IMG/VR virus record: IMGVR_UViG_3300005573_000208
Location: 1 to 34,020 of that record
Source of the DNA: a virus
Lineage: Duplodnaviria > Caudoviricetes
Reading direction: 5' to 3' (one strand)
Length of the DNA stretch: 34,020 nucleotides
Shown here: positions 24,954-33,828 of the stretch, one piece after another
Layout of the letters: every line of letters starts with the position of its first letter
How positions within the stretch are numbered: position 1 is the first letter of the stretch
The notes under the pieces: generated by a model
What the model was told of the DNA's origin: nothing
Database searches by the model: none
The model's input: only the letters and a program-made list of their open reading frames with translations
Translations under genes and position numbers: made by a program

Positions 24954-26240
24954 TTAGCTCATCTGGCTATCGGCTTTCAAGTCTTTGATTATCCAGTTTG
25001 CTGGAGGCTCTACGCAGAATAATTGACCGTAAACATAAGCTTCTGCAGTATAAATATGTTTCTGTCCTGCAGTGCCTCGTCTACGCCAAATTTTGCCATT
25101 CTCCTTGTCAAACTGGAAATCTGCTCCAACTGCCCATTTAAAGGATTTAGTGTTCAGCCCGATAATATATCCGGGGGGCATTAGCTCTTTAGTCAAAGTC
25201 AAACCACCAGCCTGTAAGCCAGTGAGGTCTGCACCTTTGATTGGAGCATTATCATTGAAGACCCTCATTCCCTGCAATGTCTTCCAGTAAGCTCTCTCCA
25301 TACTGGGATGCATCATTACCAAATCAGTCTGATTAGCCTCTCCAGTCACCTCAAACGGACTTTCCAGAGCCACCATTAGCAAAAGCTCGCTTATATCCCG
25401 AAGAGTCCCGCCATTTTCAAAAACATTAGCGCAAATCTCAGGATAATTGCTTCTGCTTAAGCCCTGATAAGTGCCTGAATTGCCAAGATGCTCCCATAAG
25501 CCCGTAATTGCGATACCATACTGGGTAAGATTAGAGCCGCTCGCAAACGGGTCTACTTCGCCTGGGACTACAAGGTCATCAGGAGCAATACCACTGCACG
25601 CAGTCTCCAAATAAATTGTCTCTTTATCTATAATTTTGGCGATATTAGACACATTTGAAGATGTGCCTAAACTTGAGGCCGCATCAATAACAACCGACCC
25701 GCCTCTCATGCACCAGAGAGACCCAGGCTCATTTGCATCACTTGTCCCCGGAGAAGCTGTGCAATGATAATAAAGAGTGATTGTTTTATTGTCCGCGCCT
25801 TTATTTTTAACTGTCGCAATCGCTCCATTGACTTTATAGCCGTGCAATTGCTGATTTACTACTTTACGCAATCCTCTCATTAAGCGATTCACTTGACTTT
25901 TAGCCTCATCCTCAATTGAACCGCCCCCTTCAAGAATTTGAAGAGCTTCCCAAGTAATCTGAGTTGTAGAAACCAACTTAATTAGCTTGCCATACATTTT
26001 AGCGCTGGAGCTTTTGCGTGCAGTAGGCAAAGTAGTCCCTTCAGCTACTGCTCTTCCGTTTCCGGGATCATTGAACACAGCAGGGATGATAAACTTATTA
26101 TCTGCAAAAATCTGCAGATTTTTCACCTTCTCAATCTTGTCAAGCAAGATATGAGACTTCCTGAACCCAATCTCCATTATAGGCTGGAGCTTTTCCACTG
26201 CGGCTTCTATATCCGCGATCGCCTTATACACATCAGCCAT
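24954..26240 (-). CDS. Major capsid protein
   Basis: 428 aa, follows the scaffold, AGGAGGT SD, GL...TYQGLSR and YGQLFC..P.AN patterns, hairpin downstream. Confidence 0.85.
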   Translation of the reverse strand: MADVYKAIADIEAAVEKLQPIMEIGFRKSHILLDKIEKVKNLQIFADNKFIIPAVFNDPGNGRAVAEGTTLPTARKSSSAKMYGKLIKLVSTTQITWEALQILEGGGSIEDEAKSQVNRLMRGLRKVVNQQLHGYKVNGAIATVKNKGADNKTITLYYHCTASPGTSDANEPGSLWCMRGGSVVIDAASSLGTSSNVSNIAKIIDKETIYLETACSGIAPDDLVVPGEVDPFASGSNLTQYGIAITGLWEHLGNSGTYQGLSRSNYPEICANVFENGGTLRDISELLLMVALESPFEVTGEANQTDLVMMHPSMERAYWKTLQGMRVFNDNAPIKGADLTGLQAGGLTLTKELMPPGYIIGLNTKSFKWAVGADFQFDKENGKIWRRRGTAGQKHIYTAEAYVYGQLFCVEPPANWIIKDLKADSQMS

Positions 26241-26267
26241 AAGAAAACCTCCTTTTTAGTGGTTTTC

Positions 26268-27104
26268 TTATCCCTTAAGCATCTCCTCTATAGCTTCATC
26301 CATATTTATCTCACCACGAGCGAATTTGGAAACTGCTGGATGAGTTTCTACAGGTTTAGGAGCAGACCCGCCTCTGGAGCCTACAGAACCAGCGCCCTTA
26401 TTCAAAAGAGCTTGCTCTTCCAAAGATTTTTTAACCTTTTCCACATATCCCTCAAACTTCGCCTTACTTGCTTCAATAGCAGACCTTAATTCAGATTGAT
26501 TAGGCAATCTGCCGGTCTTTTCTACAATAGGGGCTAGAGAATATAAAGCTAGGCTGACTATCTCTGGTAAAAGCTCGTGATTTTCCATCCCAAGCTCTTT
26601 GACCACCGGCACCAAGCTAGATTCTATTTGCTGTTCATAGGTTATTACTTTAGCTGTATATTCTTGTTGGTTGCGCAATTTGTCAAATTCCTCTAGCTTA
26701 CTTTTCACCGGTTTCAGCCTACGCTCTATTTCTGCCTCTATCAATTTAGCGTAAGGCTCTGCTTCTGGGACTTGCTGTTTCCATTGCTCAAGAGGGCTAG
26801 GCTCTTCTTCTGGCTGTTCTGAAGCTACTCCAGCTATTAAATTATTCAGATATTCAAGTTGCTGTTGCATAAGCAAGGCCTGCTCTTCTAAAGTCCCGTA
26901 TTTTTCCTCCAGTTCCTTCTTCTCCCTAGTGAGCTCATCTATTCGCTTTTGGATGACGCTTTCAGGGATAAGTTTTTCTTGTGTTTTTTGAACCTCTCCT
27001 TGCCCTTTTGAGGGCTCCTGAGACACTCCACCAGCTGGTTCAGCTGATTGTTGGGAAGCCACTCCCGGCAATGCCCCTTGTCCAGCTTTTTCCTTGTCAG
27101 CCAT
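26268..27104 (-). CDS. Capsid scaffolding protein
   Basis: Acidic coiled coil (QKRIDELTREKKE) directly upstream of the capsid gene. ATG 27104 follows AAGGAG. Confidence 0.75.
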   Translation of the reverse strand: MADKEKAGQGALPGVASQQSAEPAGGVSQEPSKGQGEVQKTQEKLIPESVIQKRIDELTREKKELEEKYGTLEEQALLMQQQLEYLNNLIAGVASEQPEEEPSPLEQWKQQVPEAEPYAKLIEAEIERRLKPVKSKLEEFDKLRNQQEYTAKVITYEQQIESSLVPVVKELGMENHELLPEIVSLALYSLAPIVEKTGRLPNQSELRSAIEASKAKFEGYVEKVKKSLEEQALLNKGAGSVGSRGGSAPKPVETHPAVSKFARGEINMDEAIEEMLKG

Positions 27105-27232
27105 TTTTCTCTCCTTCTTGGTAACGCAGTTTGAACTGCGAGGGGGATAAAACACTCCTGCCATCAGCTAGCGTGCCCCCTATTCTACTCGCTAACTGAA
27201 GAAAATTAAAACCCTTAAAACCCTTTACCATC

Positions 27233-27529
27233 TTAAATCTCACCTTTTGATTGAGAAACTCCTCCAGAAAATTCTGCCAATTCTGGCTTTCCCTCTAATT
27301 GCTGTAAGTATTGTCTCCAGAAGTCTACTGCTGGAAGAGAGCGAGCTCCCGGAATTCTAGGAAAAGATTGTATCCCAAAGGCTCTAACCGGCCCTCCAAA
27401 TTGCAACGCTCCCATCCCAGCGCCAGGTCTAATCAAATAAGTTCTTGCCAGATTAGATAAAGCCCCTTGATAAAGAGGCGATTGAGATAATCCCGATCCT
27501 TGTCTTAATTGTCCGAAATCGTAAGGCAT
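27233..27529 (-). CDS. Small hypothetical protein, QSPLYQGA paralog 2
   Basis: Motif shared with the neighbour, AAGGAG SD. Confidence 0.65.
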   Translation of the reverse strand: MPYDFGQLRQGSGLSQSPLYQGALSNLARTYLIRPGAGMGALQFGGPVRAFGIQSFPRIPGARSLPAVDFWRQYLQQLEGKPELAEFSGGVSQSKGEI

Positions 27530-27534
27530 TATTC

Positions 27535-27864
27535 TTAATCTCCTTTCTCTTGACTGCCTTGATGCGAATATCCAAATACAAACGGAAGTAAAGGAAGAGC
27601 AAATGGGGCAACTGTTGCGCCTGTTCCACCTTCTCCAACTATAGCCCCTTCAGGAGCTATTTTTCCCAATAAACTGCTTACTACATCTCCTAGCAAACCT
27701 GATGTCCCTGCATTCGCCGCCTTTGTCATTATCTTTGTCATTATCGCAGATTTCGCAAGGTCGCTTACTGCACCTTGATAAAGTGGAGATTGGCGTAAAG
27801 AGCCTAATCCAACTGGGGAACGATATGTATTGTAAATTCCGTAATCTGGCAAATCAATTGACAT
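27535..27864 (-). CDS. Small hypothetical protein, QSPLYQGA paralog 1
   Basis: Motif shared with the neighbour, AAGGAG SD. Confidence 0.65.
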   Translation of the reverse strand: MSIDLPDYGIYNTYRSPVGLGSLRQSPLYQGAVSDLAKSAIMTKIMTKAANAGTSGLLGDVVSSLLGKIAPEGAIVGEGGTGATVAPFALPLLPFVFGYSHQGSQEKGD

Positions 27865-27869
27865 AAAGA

Positions 27870-28241
27870 TTATCTCCTTTGATTATTTAAGGCTCTTTGT
27901 CTTTGTTCTTCTACATCAGCTAAAAGCTGAGATAAATGAACTATAGCATTCATACCAGGAGCTCCCCAGAGATCAACATACCTCCTGGGAACTACAATTC
28001 TTTCTCCGTGAGCTCCCTCAAATATAAGCACTGGCATTCGATCATAAAGCTCCTTCCGAGCATTTATATTGCCACCAGCGGCCTGTGGCACGTTAATAGG
28101 TTCTCGCCTATTATCGTTTAGCGGATCATAATTTTGGTCATCTGCCAGTCTAAGAGGAACCCCCTCTCCTCTTCTGAGCGCGTCTCTAAGACTCCGGGGA
28201 ATCAAGCTTGCCGGATCAAAATATGTTCCTTCATTTCCCAT
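27870..28241 (-). CDS. Hypothetical protein
   Basis: AGGAGGT SD. Confidence 0.7.
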   Translation of the reverse strand: MGNEGTYFDPASLIPRSLRDALRRGEGVPLRLADDQNYDPLNDNRREPINVPQAAGGNINARKELYDRMPVLIFEGAHGERIVVPRRYVDLWGAPGMNAIVHLSQLLADVEEQRQRALNNQRR

Positions 28242-28264
28242 TTTTCTAGCACCTCCTAAATTTT

Positions 28265-28292
28265 AGATTAACTAATTTGAATCTTTTGTCAA
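28265..28292 (-). promoter_or_regulatory. Putative internal sigma70 promoter upstream of the scaffold/capsid block
   Basis: TTGACA-16-TAATCT, followed by an AGGAGG SD. Confidence 0.55.
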
Positions 28293-28311
28293 GTCTAATG
28301 CATCTAAAATA

Positions 28312-28845
28312 ATGATGAAGCTGAATAGGATATATAAAGCCGAGATTTGGATAATGACATTCATCTGGATGAATCATCTTATGCGTTGTAGATTTGGTTA
28401 TCTTCCAAGCGATTTTTATTATTATATGGACGATATTACTTACATAATAGGCGCCCTTGTGCTTGTATCTTTTTATTGTCTTATGTTCTTGTTTGTTCTC
28501 ACTATCGGACAGCATCCAAATTTTTTTCATAGCTGGTATAATATCTGCGCTCGTCTTCTCAGACATCACGGCGGGCTTATGCCAACGATTATATTCACAG
28601 TGCTGATTATAGCAGACATCTATTATGCTTTTTCTCAAAAGCTCAATAATCCTTATCGTATTTATGACGACCTTCAAGGCTATCACTGGTCATCCCCCTG
28701 GTATCACTGGTGGCTCCCCGCCTTGTATGGTTTCAGCTTCATTCCCTGGGAGTGGCTCTCCGATTGGCGAGATCATCTCTCCAGTTGGCGGAACCATCTC
28801 TCCTCCTTCAGCTCCCTCCTCAGGCGGTATTTCCATAGCTTCTAA
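28312..28845 (+). CDS. Possible antisense membrane protein (moron-like). The alternative is the - strand ORF 28246-28686.
   Basis: Two to three hydrophobic segments, but it overlaps the portal 3' end and has no clear SD. Confidence 0.35.
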   Translation: MMKLNRIYKAEIWIMTFIWMNHLMRCRFGYLPSDFYYYMDDITYIIGALVLVSFYCLMFLFVLTIGQHPNFFHSWYNICARLLRHHGGLMPTIIFTVLIIADIYYAFSQKLNNPYRIYDDLQGYHWSSPWYHWWLPALYGFSFIPWEWLSDWRDHLSSWRNHLSSFSSLLRRYFHSF

Positions 28846-30903
28846 ACCCATTGGCGGTTCTGGCTGAGGAATAGGTATTGGCGGTTGCTGAGGTTTTCCG
28901 CCTTGTTGTATTTCTTTAAGAGCGTCTTGTTGTCTGATAAGTTTCTGCTTAATCAATTCCCGATGTTCATCTATATGTTTAGATAATCCCTCGTATTCGG
29001 CTGGATTACGCAAATAAGCTGGATTATTAAATTCTTGCTCGTGTTCAAATATATGTGCCGAATGGTCTTGATGATCATTTGCGTGAATAGAAGGCTCTAT
29101 TGGAAGCCCTCTTCTGATTTGCTCTCTGGTTTCTGCTATTATCAGCCTGTTTTCTGTTCTAGCAAGCTCCGTAGAGCGTGTCAGGTTATTAAGTAATTCT
29201 CTTGAGTATGGAGTATCTATCATTCTTAACCAAGCGACATTATACGGATACTTGCTTAAATCTATTGCACCGTATTTTTGAGCTTCCAAGCTCATTGCTA
29301 TTTGACCTGCTTTAGATTGCGGAGTAGCAGACCCAGCTTCTACACGAACATCAAAATCAGACAAATCGTCCATAACGAAATCCGCTACTTCTATCCCATA
29401 CCATCCCGGTTCTGCTAATGCACGCAGTTTTTCTTGAGGCATAAACTGCTTTAAGGCTTTAAGATAGAATAAGCCTGTTTTAGCCTCTGCCTGTTCTATC
29501 ATCTGGAATTGAGGCTGAAATTTTTTAAGACCAACTTCTTGTAATCTCGCAATAGCAAGAAAAGGCATCCGTCTTTGAGGCTCTATACCTTTATTAAGAG
29601 ACCCCACAGTCTGCTCTTCAAATTTAGCATAGAGCCTATCAAGAATAGCTATAATATCCGGAGGTATATGAGGCGGTTCTGCCCATCTAGGCACCCCAGA
29701 AGCTCCTTCTGCAATTTCCCAAATACCAGGCTCATCTGTCAAATCCTCATCTCGTAACCTGCAAGATTTAGGAACCATTAACTTTAAGACCATTGTTTTG
29801 ACACGATTGGTTAGAATCATTGTCCAAAGCAGATTGATTAACCGCTGATGATTGATAACAGATTCTGGCAATCCTCTACCCCAGATACTAATCAAGCCAG
29901 GCTCATAAGTATATTGAACTATCCTATGTCCACCCCAGATAGATTTTTTCCAATTAGGTTTGCCGTTTTCCCATATAATTTTATCCCAATTGGGATGTTT
30001 TAATCCATCGTGAATTATTTTATCATCGCAAATTACCCAATGACCACCTTGCGGTTTATCTGGAGTTGGCGCTTCAAAATACTCTATTACTTCCTTTTGA
30101 TCTGACCTTTCCTCTAGCGTCAAATCTCCACTCTCTTTATCTGCAAATATCTGTGTTGTTTTAGTTCCCGGTTTGAGTTTGACCTTATAGACTCCCTCTA
30201 CGAATTCTCTATCCATATAGCGGTCTATAATCAACCAGGGGGATGTATTTATATCATCTATCCCAGCTGGACAAAATACTTCAAATCCAGACAGGATAGA
30301 TATTTTTACATTCATTTTTACAGGAGCTTCTATCTCTATTGTTGGCTTTCTCCAAAGCGGGTCTTCATTAGCATCTGGCGGGACTTTTTCAAGCTCTGGA
30401 CGATATTTAGGATTAGGTCTAACAACTTTTATTGTCTCTGCATTATACTCTTCTGGATGCACCCATTTGAATGCAGTTCCGCAAATAATAGTCCAGAGAA
30501 TACATTTAAGATGATCAACCAAATAATTAGTCTGATGTCTTAAAGCATCAAAGATTTTAGTGCCTACTCTTGCTATATCTTCTGCTCTTTGTCCCGGAAT
30601 AGTAGGCACAAGATATAAAGCTCCAGGCTCTGACGCTAATTCCGCAAGAATTATATGAGTGGCAAGTTTTATCTGATTATCAATCATTACGAAAATCTTA
30701 CCCTTCTTGCGGAGTTCCTCTAGCTGTTCATCCGTTGGGATCAATACTCGTCCTGTCTCTTCAGACCGAACTGCTAGCTGATGACCGAGATAGAAATGAA
30801 GATTTAAGAGCATCTGTTGAGTGACGCTCTTTTTAGAATTTTGAGCAGTGCTTAAGCGCTCTTTTATCTTTTTTACAACTGGGTCTTCGTTATTCATAAG
30901 CAT
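28690..30903 (-). CDS. Portal protein (P22-like, long C-terminus)
   Basis: FYLGHQ...NQIK, GTAF, WGRGLPE...QRLIN patterns, 737 aa, between terminase and scaffold. Confidence 0.88.
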   Translation of the reverse strand: MLMNNEDPVVKKIKERLSTAQNSKKSVTQQMLLNLHFYLGHQLAVRSEETGRVLIPTDEQLEELRKKGKIFVMIDNQIKLATHIILAELASEPGALYLVPTIPGQRAEDIARVGTKIFDALRHQTNYLVDHLKCILWTIICGTAFKWVHPEEYNAETIKVVRPNPKYRPELEKVPPDANEDPLWRKPTIEIEAPVKMNVKISILSGFEVFCPAGIDDINTSPWLIIDRYMDREFVEGVYKVKLKPGTKTTQIFADKESGDLTLEERSDQKEVIEYFEAPTPDKPQGGHWVICDDKIIHDGLKHPNWDKIIWENGKPNWKKSIWGGHRIVQYTYEPGLISIWGRGLPESVINHQRLINLLWTMILTNRVKTMVLKLMVPKSCRLRDEDLTDEPGIWEIAEGASGVPRWAEPPHIPPDIIAILDRLYAKFEEQTVGSLNKGIEPQRRMPFLAIARLQEVGLKKFQPQFQMIEQAEAKTGLFYLKALKQFMPQEKLRALAEPGWYGIEVADFVMDDLSDFDVRVEAGSATPQSKAGQIAMSLEAQKYGAIDLSKYPYNVAWLRMIDTPYSRELLNNLTRSTELARTENRLIIAETREQIRRGLPIEPSIHANDHQDHSAHIFEHEQEFNNPAYLRNPAEYEGLSKHIDEHRELIKQKLIRQQDALKEIQQGGKPQQPPIPIPQPEPPMGLEAMEIPPEEGAEGGEMVPPTGEMISPIGEPLPGNEAETIQGGEPPVIPGG

Positions 30904-31115
30904 TATTTACCGCTAATCCGTTTAGCGACATTATGAATAGCGGTTCTCATTGCACGCTTTCTACCTTGTGCAGATAATTCCTGAAACCTCTGTTTTCCGT
31001 ATTTCTTACGACCTATCCAAGCCGCAAGAGCCGCCGGATTACTTGCCCCTCTTTGTGCAAGTTTAGCTTTTAATTGTGCAAATCTTTCCCCAGAGCCTAA
31101 TTGAGGTTTAGCCAT
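30903..31115 (-). CDS. Small basic protein
   Basis: ATG 31115 after AGGAGGT, K/R/A-rich (ALAAWIGRKKYGK). Confidence 0.7.
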   Translation of the reverse strand: MAKPQLGSGERFAQLKAKLAQRGASNPAALAAWIGRKKYGKQRFQELSAQGRKRAMRTAIHNVAKRISGK

Positions 31116-31119
31116 TTTT

Positions 31120-31416
31120 TCACACACCTCCTATTGATTTTACGAATTTTTCCCAAGTCCAAATCTCCTCTTGAGTCTCTTTACTTTTCTCTTCTCCTTT
31201 TTTCTCATATAATTTTGTCAAATCTTCCAGCCATTCATCTGGCTTTTTTCCAAACAGGCTAGGCAATTTTTCTAAATCTATGTTTTCTAAATTATTAGCC
31301 TGTTTTAATTCCTGTTCTGTAGCATACAATAAATCATCCAACTTGTCAACCAAGTTATTTACAAATATCCAAACTTTTCTGCGCTTAAATAATTTTAGCA
31401 AGAATTTCCTCATCAC
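31120..31416 (-). CDS. Hypothetical protein
   Basis: In-operon ORF overlapping the end of groES. Confidence 0.6.
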   Translation of the reverse strand: MMRKFLLKLFKRRKVWIFVNNLVDKLDDLLYATEQELKQANNLENIDLEKLPSLFGKKPDEWLEDLTKLYEKKGEEKSKETQEEIWTWEKFVKSIGGV

Positions 31417-31672
31417 ATTCCTCTATCCGTGCCAGTATATCCTCATAATTTACTAATATCAAATTTTTTTCAGGTGTCAAGTTTCCAATATAAATCGGGA
31501 AACAGACAATATCGCCAATATGAATGTTTTGAACTTTATCTCCAATATCTACGACTTTTCCTATTTGAGGTCGTATTTGAGCTTCATCTGGGATGATAAT
31601 TCCGCCTTTTGTTTTGTCTTTAATCTCTATTCTGATTAACACATTCTCTCCCAAAGGTTTGATCTTCATCAC
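31385..31672 (-). CDS. groES: Co-chaperonin GroES (Cpn10)
   Basis: KIKPLGENVLI, KTKGGIIIPD mobile loop, GKVVDIG, GDIV, EDILA. Confidence 0.93.
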   Translation of the reverse strand: MMKIKPLGENVLIRIEIKDKTKGGIIIPDEAQIRPQIGKVVDIGDKVQNIHIGDIVCFPIYIGNLTPEKNLILVNYEDILARIEECDEEILAKII

Positions 31673-33312
31673 ACTATACCTCCTATAACAGAAATTAAAT
31701 TTAATTTTCTTGGCTCTGGTCTCTTGCTTATCATCTCTTCTCTTAAACTATCCATTAAAATTTCCTTTTCATCCTTTCCCTCTATAGGCTGATTCTCTAC
31801 ACGACCTAACATAAGGATACAAGACTCCAAAGCATCTAGCAAATCGTCATGCCCTTTAGGATATTGCATCAATTGAGTTATAAGTTCAGTTTGATTGTCT
31901 TGAATTTTTATTAAACCAGATTTGATTAAAGGGACTAATCTTAATATACGATGCTGTTTTTGTTCTTTTGTGGAATGAATTATAGGGCGGATAGCAGTTA
32001 AGTTCTTCTTACGAACTGTTTGAGCATCTTCTAAAATTTTAGCAAATAAAGCTTGAAAAGCGTTTGCCTCAAATCCTATTTCCGGATGATAGGTTTCATC
32101 TATTCTGAAAATTTCATCTACAATTTCATCTACATTCCGCCTTCCTTGTTCAGCCTCTATTATCCAGAAATAGTGCCCATCATTTACAGCTACTACGCTT
32201 GCTGTATAATCAGAGCGCCTATTTACAGAACTTGCAAAATCAAAATAAGCTTTTGGCTCTAAATCCTTAAAATTAGGCGGTAAAGTCCCCACCGGAACTA
32301 TGCAACGCTCTATCCACTCTTTTTGAAATTTGGAAGTCTCTGGAGAAATAGGATTATTATAAAGCTGGCAACTAGCTATATCCGGCCCCATATTTTTTTC
32401 AGCTTCTTTTAATGCTCTCAATGGAAATCTGCTTGGAAATAAAGGAGTCCCATCAGGCTTTATAGCCCCTCTTAAAAGAACATCATAAGTGCCATTATTT
32501 AATAGCCAGCCATAAGCATCATTGAAATGATACCTATTCCCAACTACTATTATCTCTCCACCAGGATTAACTATATTCTCAATATACTTCAAAACCTCTA
32601 TAGGTCTTTCAAGTCCTGTCTCTGTCTTGACATTCTCTTGATTAACTAAATCATCTAAAATGCAAATATCACAATGCACACCTGCTATTGTAGTTTCCGC
32701 TCCAACTGCTCTGCAAGAAGCCATCGTGTGATCCAATGGAACAGGTTTATTCGCCTCTGGATCCCAAAGCTGAATCTCTAATTTTGCCCAAATAGCTTTA
32801 TTCTTGCCCTTTAACCTAGACCCATAAGCAAAATCACCAAATAAAAAAGATAACTCCTTATTGTTCTCAAGCTGATGCTTTATCCCATTCAGAAATTCTC
32901 TCGCCTTCTCTGTATTATGAGAAACTATCAAAACTCTTAAATTCGGGTTACTTATCCAACGCCAAATCGGATACCCAACTGTGCAAATACTACTCTTGAA
33001 AAAACCACGCGGGTCTAAAATCAACAACCGCCTCCTGGTCGGTCTCCCAGAACGCCTCCTGCCACTTAATTCAAAACCAGGAACTAAACTTATACGATTG
33101 CTACCATCCCCAGGAGTCTTTGCTAAAAAATCACATAACTGCGAGTGAGGCTCTACCCGCATATCACCAAAACCTAATAACTCCTTGCAAAAAAAGAAAA
33201 AATTAGACTTGTAAAAATCCCTTAAATCTAAATAACGCTGATAAGCATCTTTGTCAGAACCCTCAGAAGAAGATAGCCCGCTTATGTCAATTGGCTGATA
33301 ACTCTCGCTCAC
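31669..33312 (-). CDS. terL: Terminase large subunit
   Basis: PRGFFKS Walker A, ILDDL Walker B, GNRYH motif III, nuclease residues FDFA, SDYTA and HDDLLDA. Confidence 0.93.
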   Translation of the reverse strand: MSESYQPIDISGLSSSEGSDKDAYQRYLDLRDFYKSNFFFFCKELLGFGDMRVEPHSQLCDFLAKTPGDGSNRISLVPGFELSGRRRSGRPTRRRLLILDPRGFFKSSICTVGYPIWRWISNPNLRVLIVSHNTEKAREFLNGIKHQLENNKELSFLFGDFAYGSRLKGKNKAIWAKLEIQLWDPEANKPVPLDHTMASCRAVGAETTIAGVHCDICILDDLVNQENVKTETGLERPIEVLKYIENIVNPGGEIIVVGNRYHFNDAYGWLLNNGTYDVLLRGAIKPDGTPLFPSRFPLRALKEAEKNMGPDIASCQLYNNPISPETSKFQKEWIERCIVPVGTLPPNFKDLEPKAYFDFASSVNRRSDYTASVVAVNDGHYFWIIEAEQGRRNVDEIVDEIFRIDETYHPEIGFEANAFQALFAKILEDAQTVRKKNLTAIRPIIHSTKEQKQHRILRLVPLIKSGLIKIQDNQTELITQLMQYPKGHDDLLDALESCILMLGRVENQPIEGKDEKEILMDSLREEMISKRPEPRKLNLISVIGGIV

Positions 33313-33544
33313 GCCGTCTCCTTAATATCTCCTCCTCAAATCGCTTCATCTTGCCCTGAAAATCTGTATCCACATTCCTTAAATCGCCAGACCCCATCAA
33401 TGCCCATATACGAATCAACAGCTTTACCCCCTCCACTCTCTTAACTAAATCATCAGCAGAAAATAATTCACGCAATACCTCCGCAACAGCTACCTCATCT
33501 ATCCCCCTATCCTTCAACGCCTTTATAAGCTCATCCTTCTTCAT
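33287..33544 (-). CDS. Putative terminase small subunit
   Basis: Small helical protein overlapping the terL start. The likely start is ATG 33544. Confidence 0.55.
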   Translation of the reverse strand: MKKDELIKALKDRGIDEVAVAEVLRELFSADDLVKRVEGVKLLIRIWALMGSGDLRNVDTDFQGKMKRFEEEILRRRRERELSAN

Positions 33545-33551
33545 ACCCCTA

Positions 33552-33580
33552 ATTCTAACACGAAAACTCCAAATTGTCAA
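33552..33580 (-). promoter_or_regulatory. Near-consensus sigma70 promoter of the late operon
   Basis: TTGACA-17-TAGAAT with an extended TGn. Confidence 0.8.
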
Positions 33581-33641
33581 GACTATAAATCTCTTTTCTT
33601 GAATCCTTTACCTATCTGCAAGCGTCTAAATATATAGAAAA

Positions 33642-33723
33642 CGCCAGCGATGACCTGACCTCCTTGTTAGGATAAGTTGCCTTCCAAAACCCTCCTGACA
33701 AGACCACCCAGTCATCGCTGGCG
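33642..33723 (-). other. Long stem-loop, candidate sRNA or terminator
   Basis: Perfect 13-bp outer stem (33642-33654/33711-33723), 9/10 inner stem (33663-33672/33693-33702), TTTT after the stem on the - strand. Confidence 0.6.
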
Positions 33724-33758
33724 CCTCCCTTTTACTTAAAACCCTCAAGCCTAACCAT

Positions 33759-33828
33759 AAAATACCCATCTAAAAGCGATTAAATCAATTATAGGGCGTT
33801 CTAAACCAGAAACCAATATACCCCCTTA
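33759..33828 (-). repeat. Copy B of the long-range inverted repeat (partner 9015-9084)
   Basis: 30-bp, 13-bp and 8-bp blocks are exact reverse complements of copy A. Confidence 0.95.

Noticed and set aside
27119-27198. tRNA gene (GTTCAAAC hairpin followed by ACCA on -)
   Set aside because: The loop is 6 nt, and there is no acceptor stem or cloverleaf.
122-32262. Short opposite-strand or nested ORFs in the track (e.g. 803-1198, 7966-8343, 10450-10857, 15652-15948, 26151-26489)
   Set aside because: They are shadows of well-supported genes, with no motifs or SD sequences.
33545-33580. TTG start for the terS-like ORF
   Set aside because: The TTG is the -35 hexamer of a consensus promoter.
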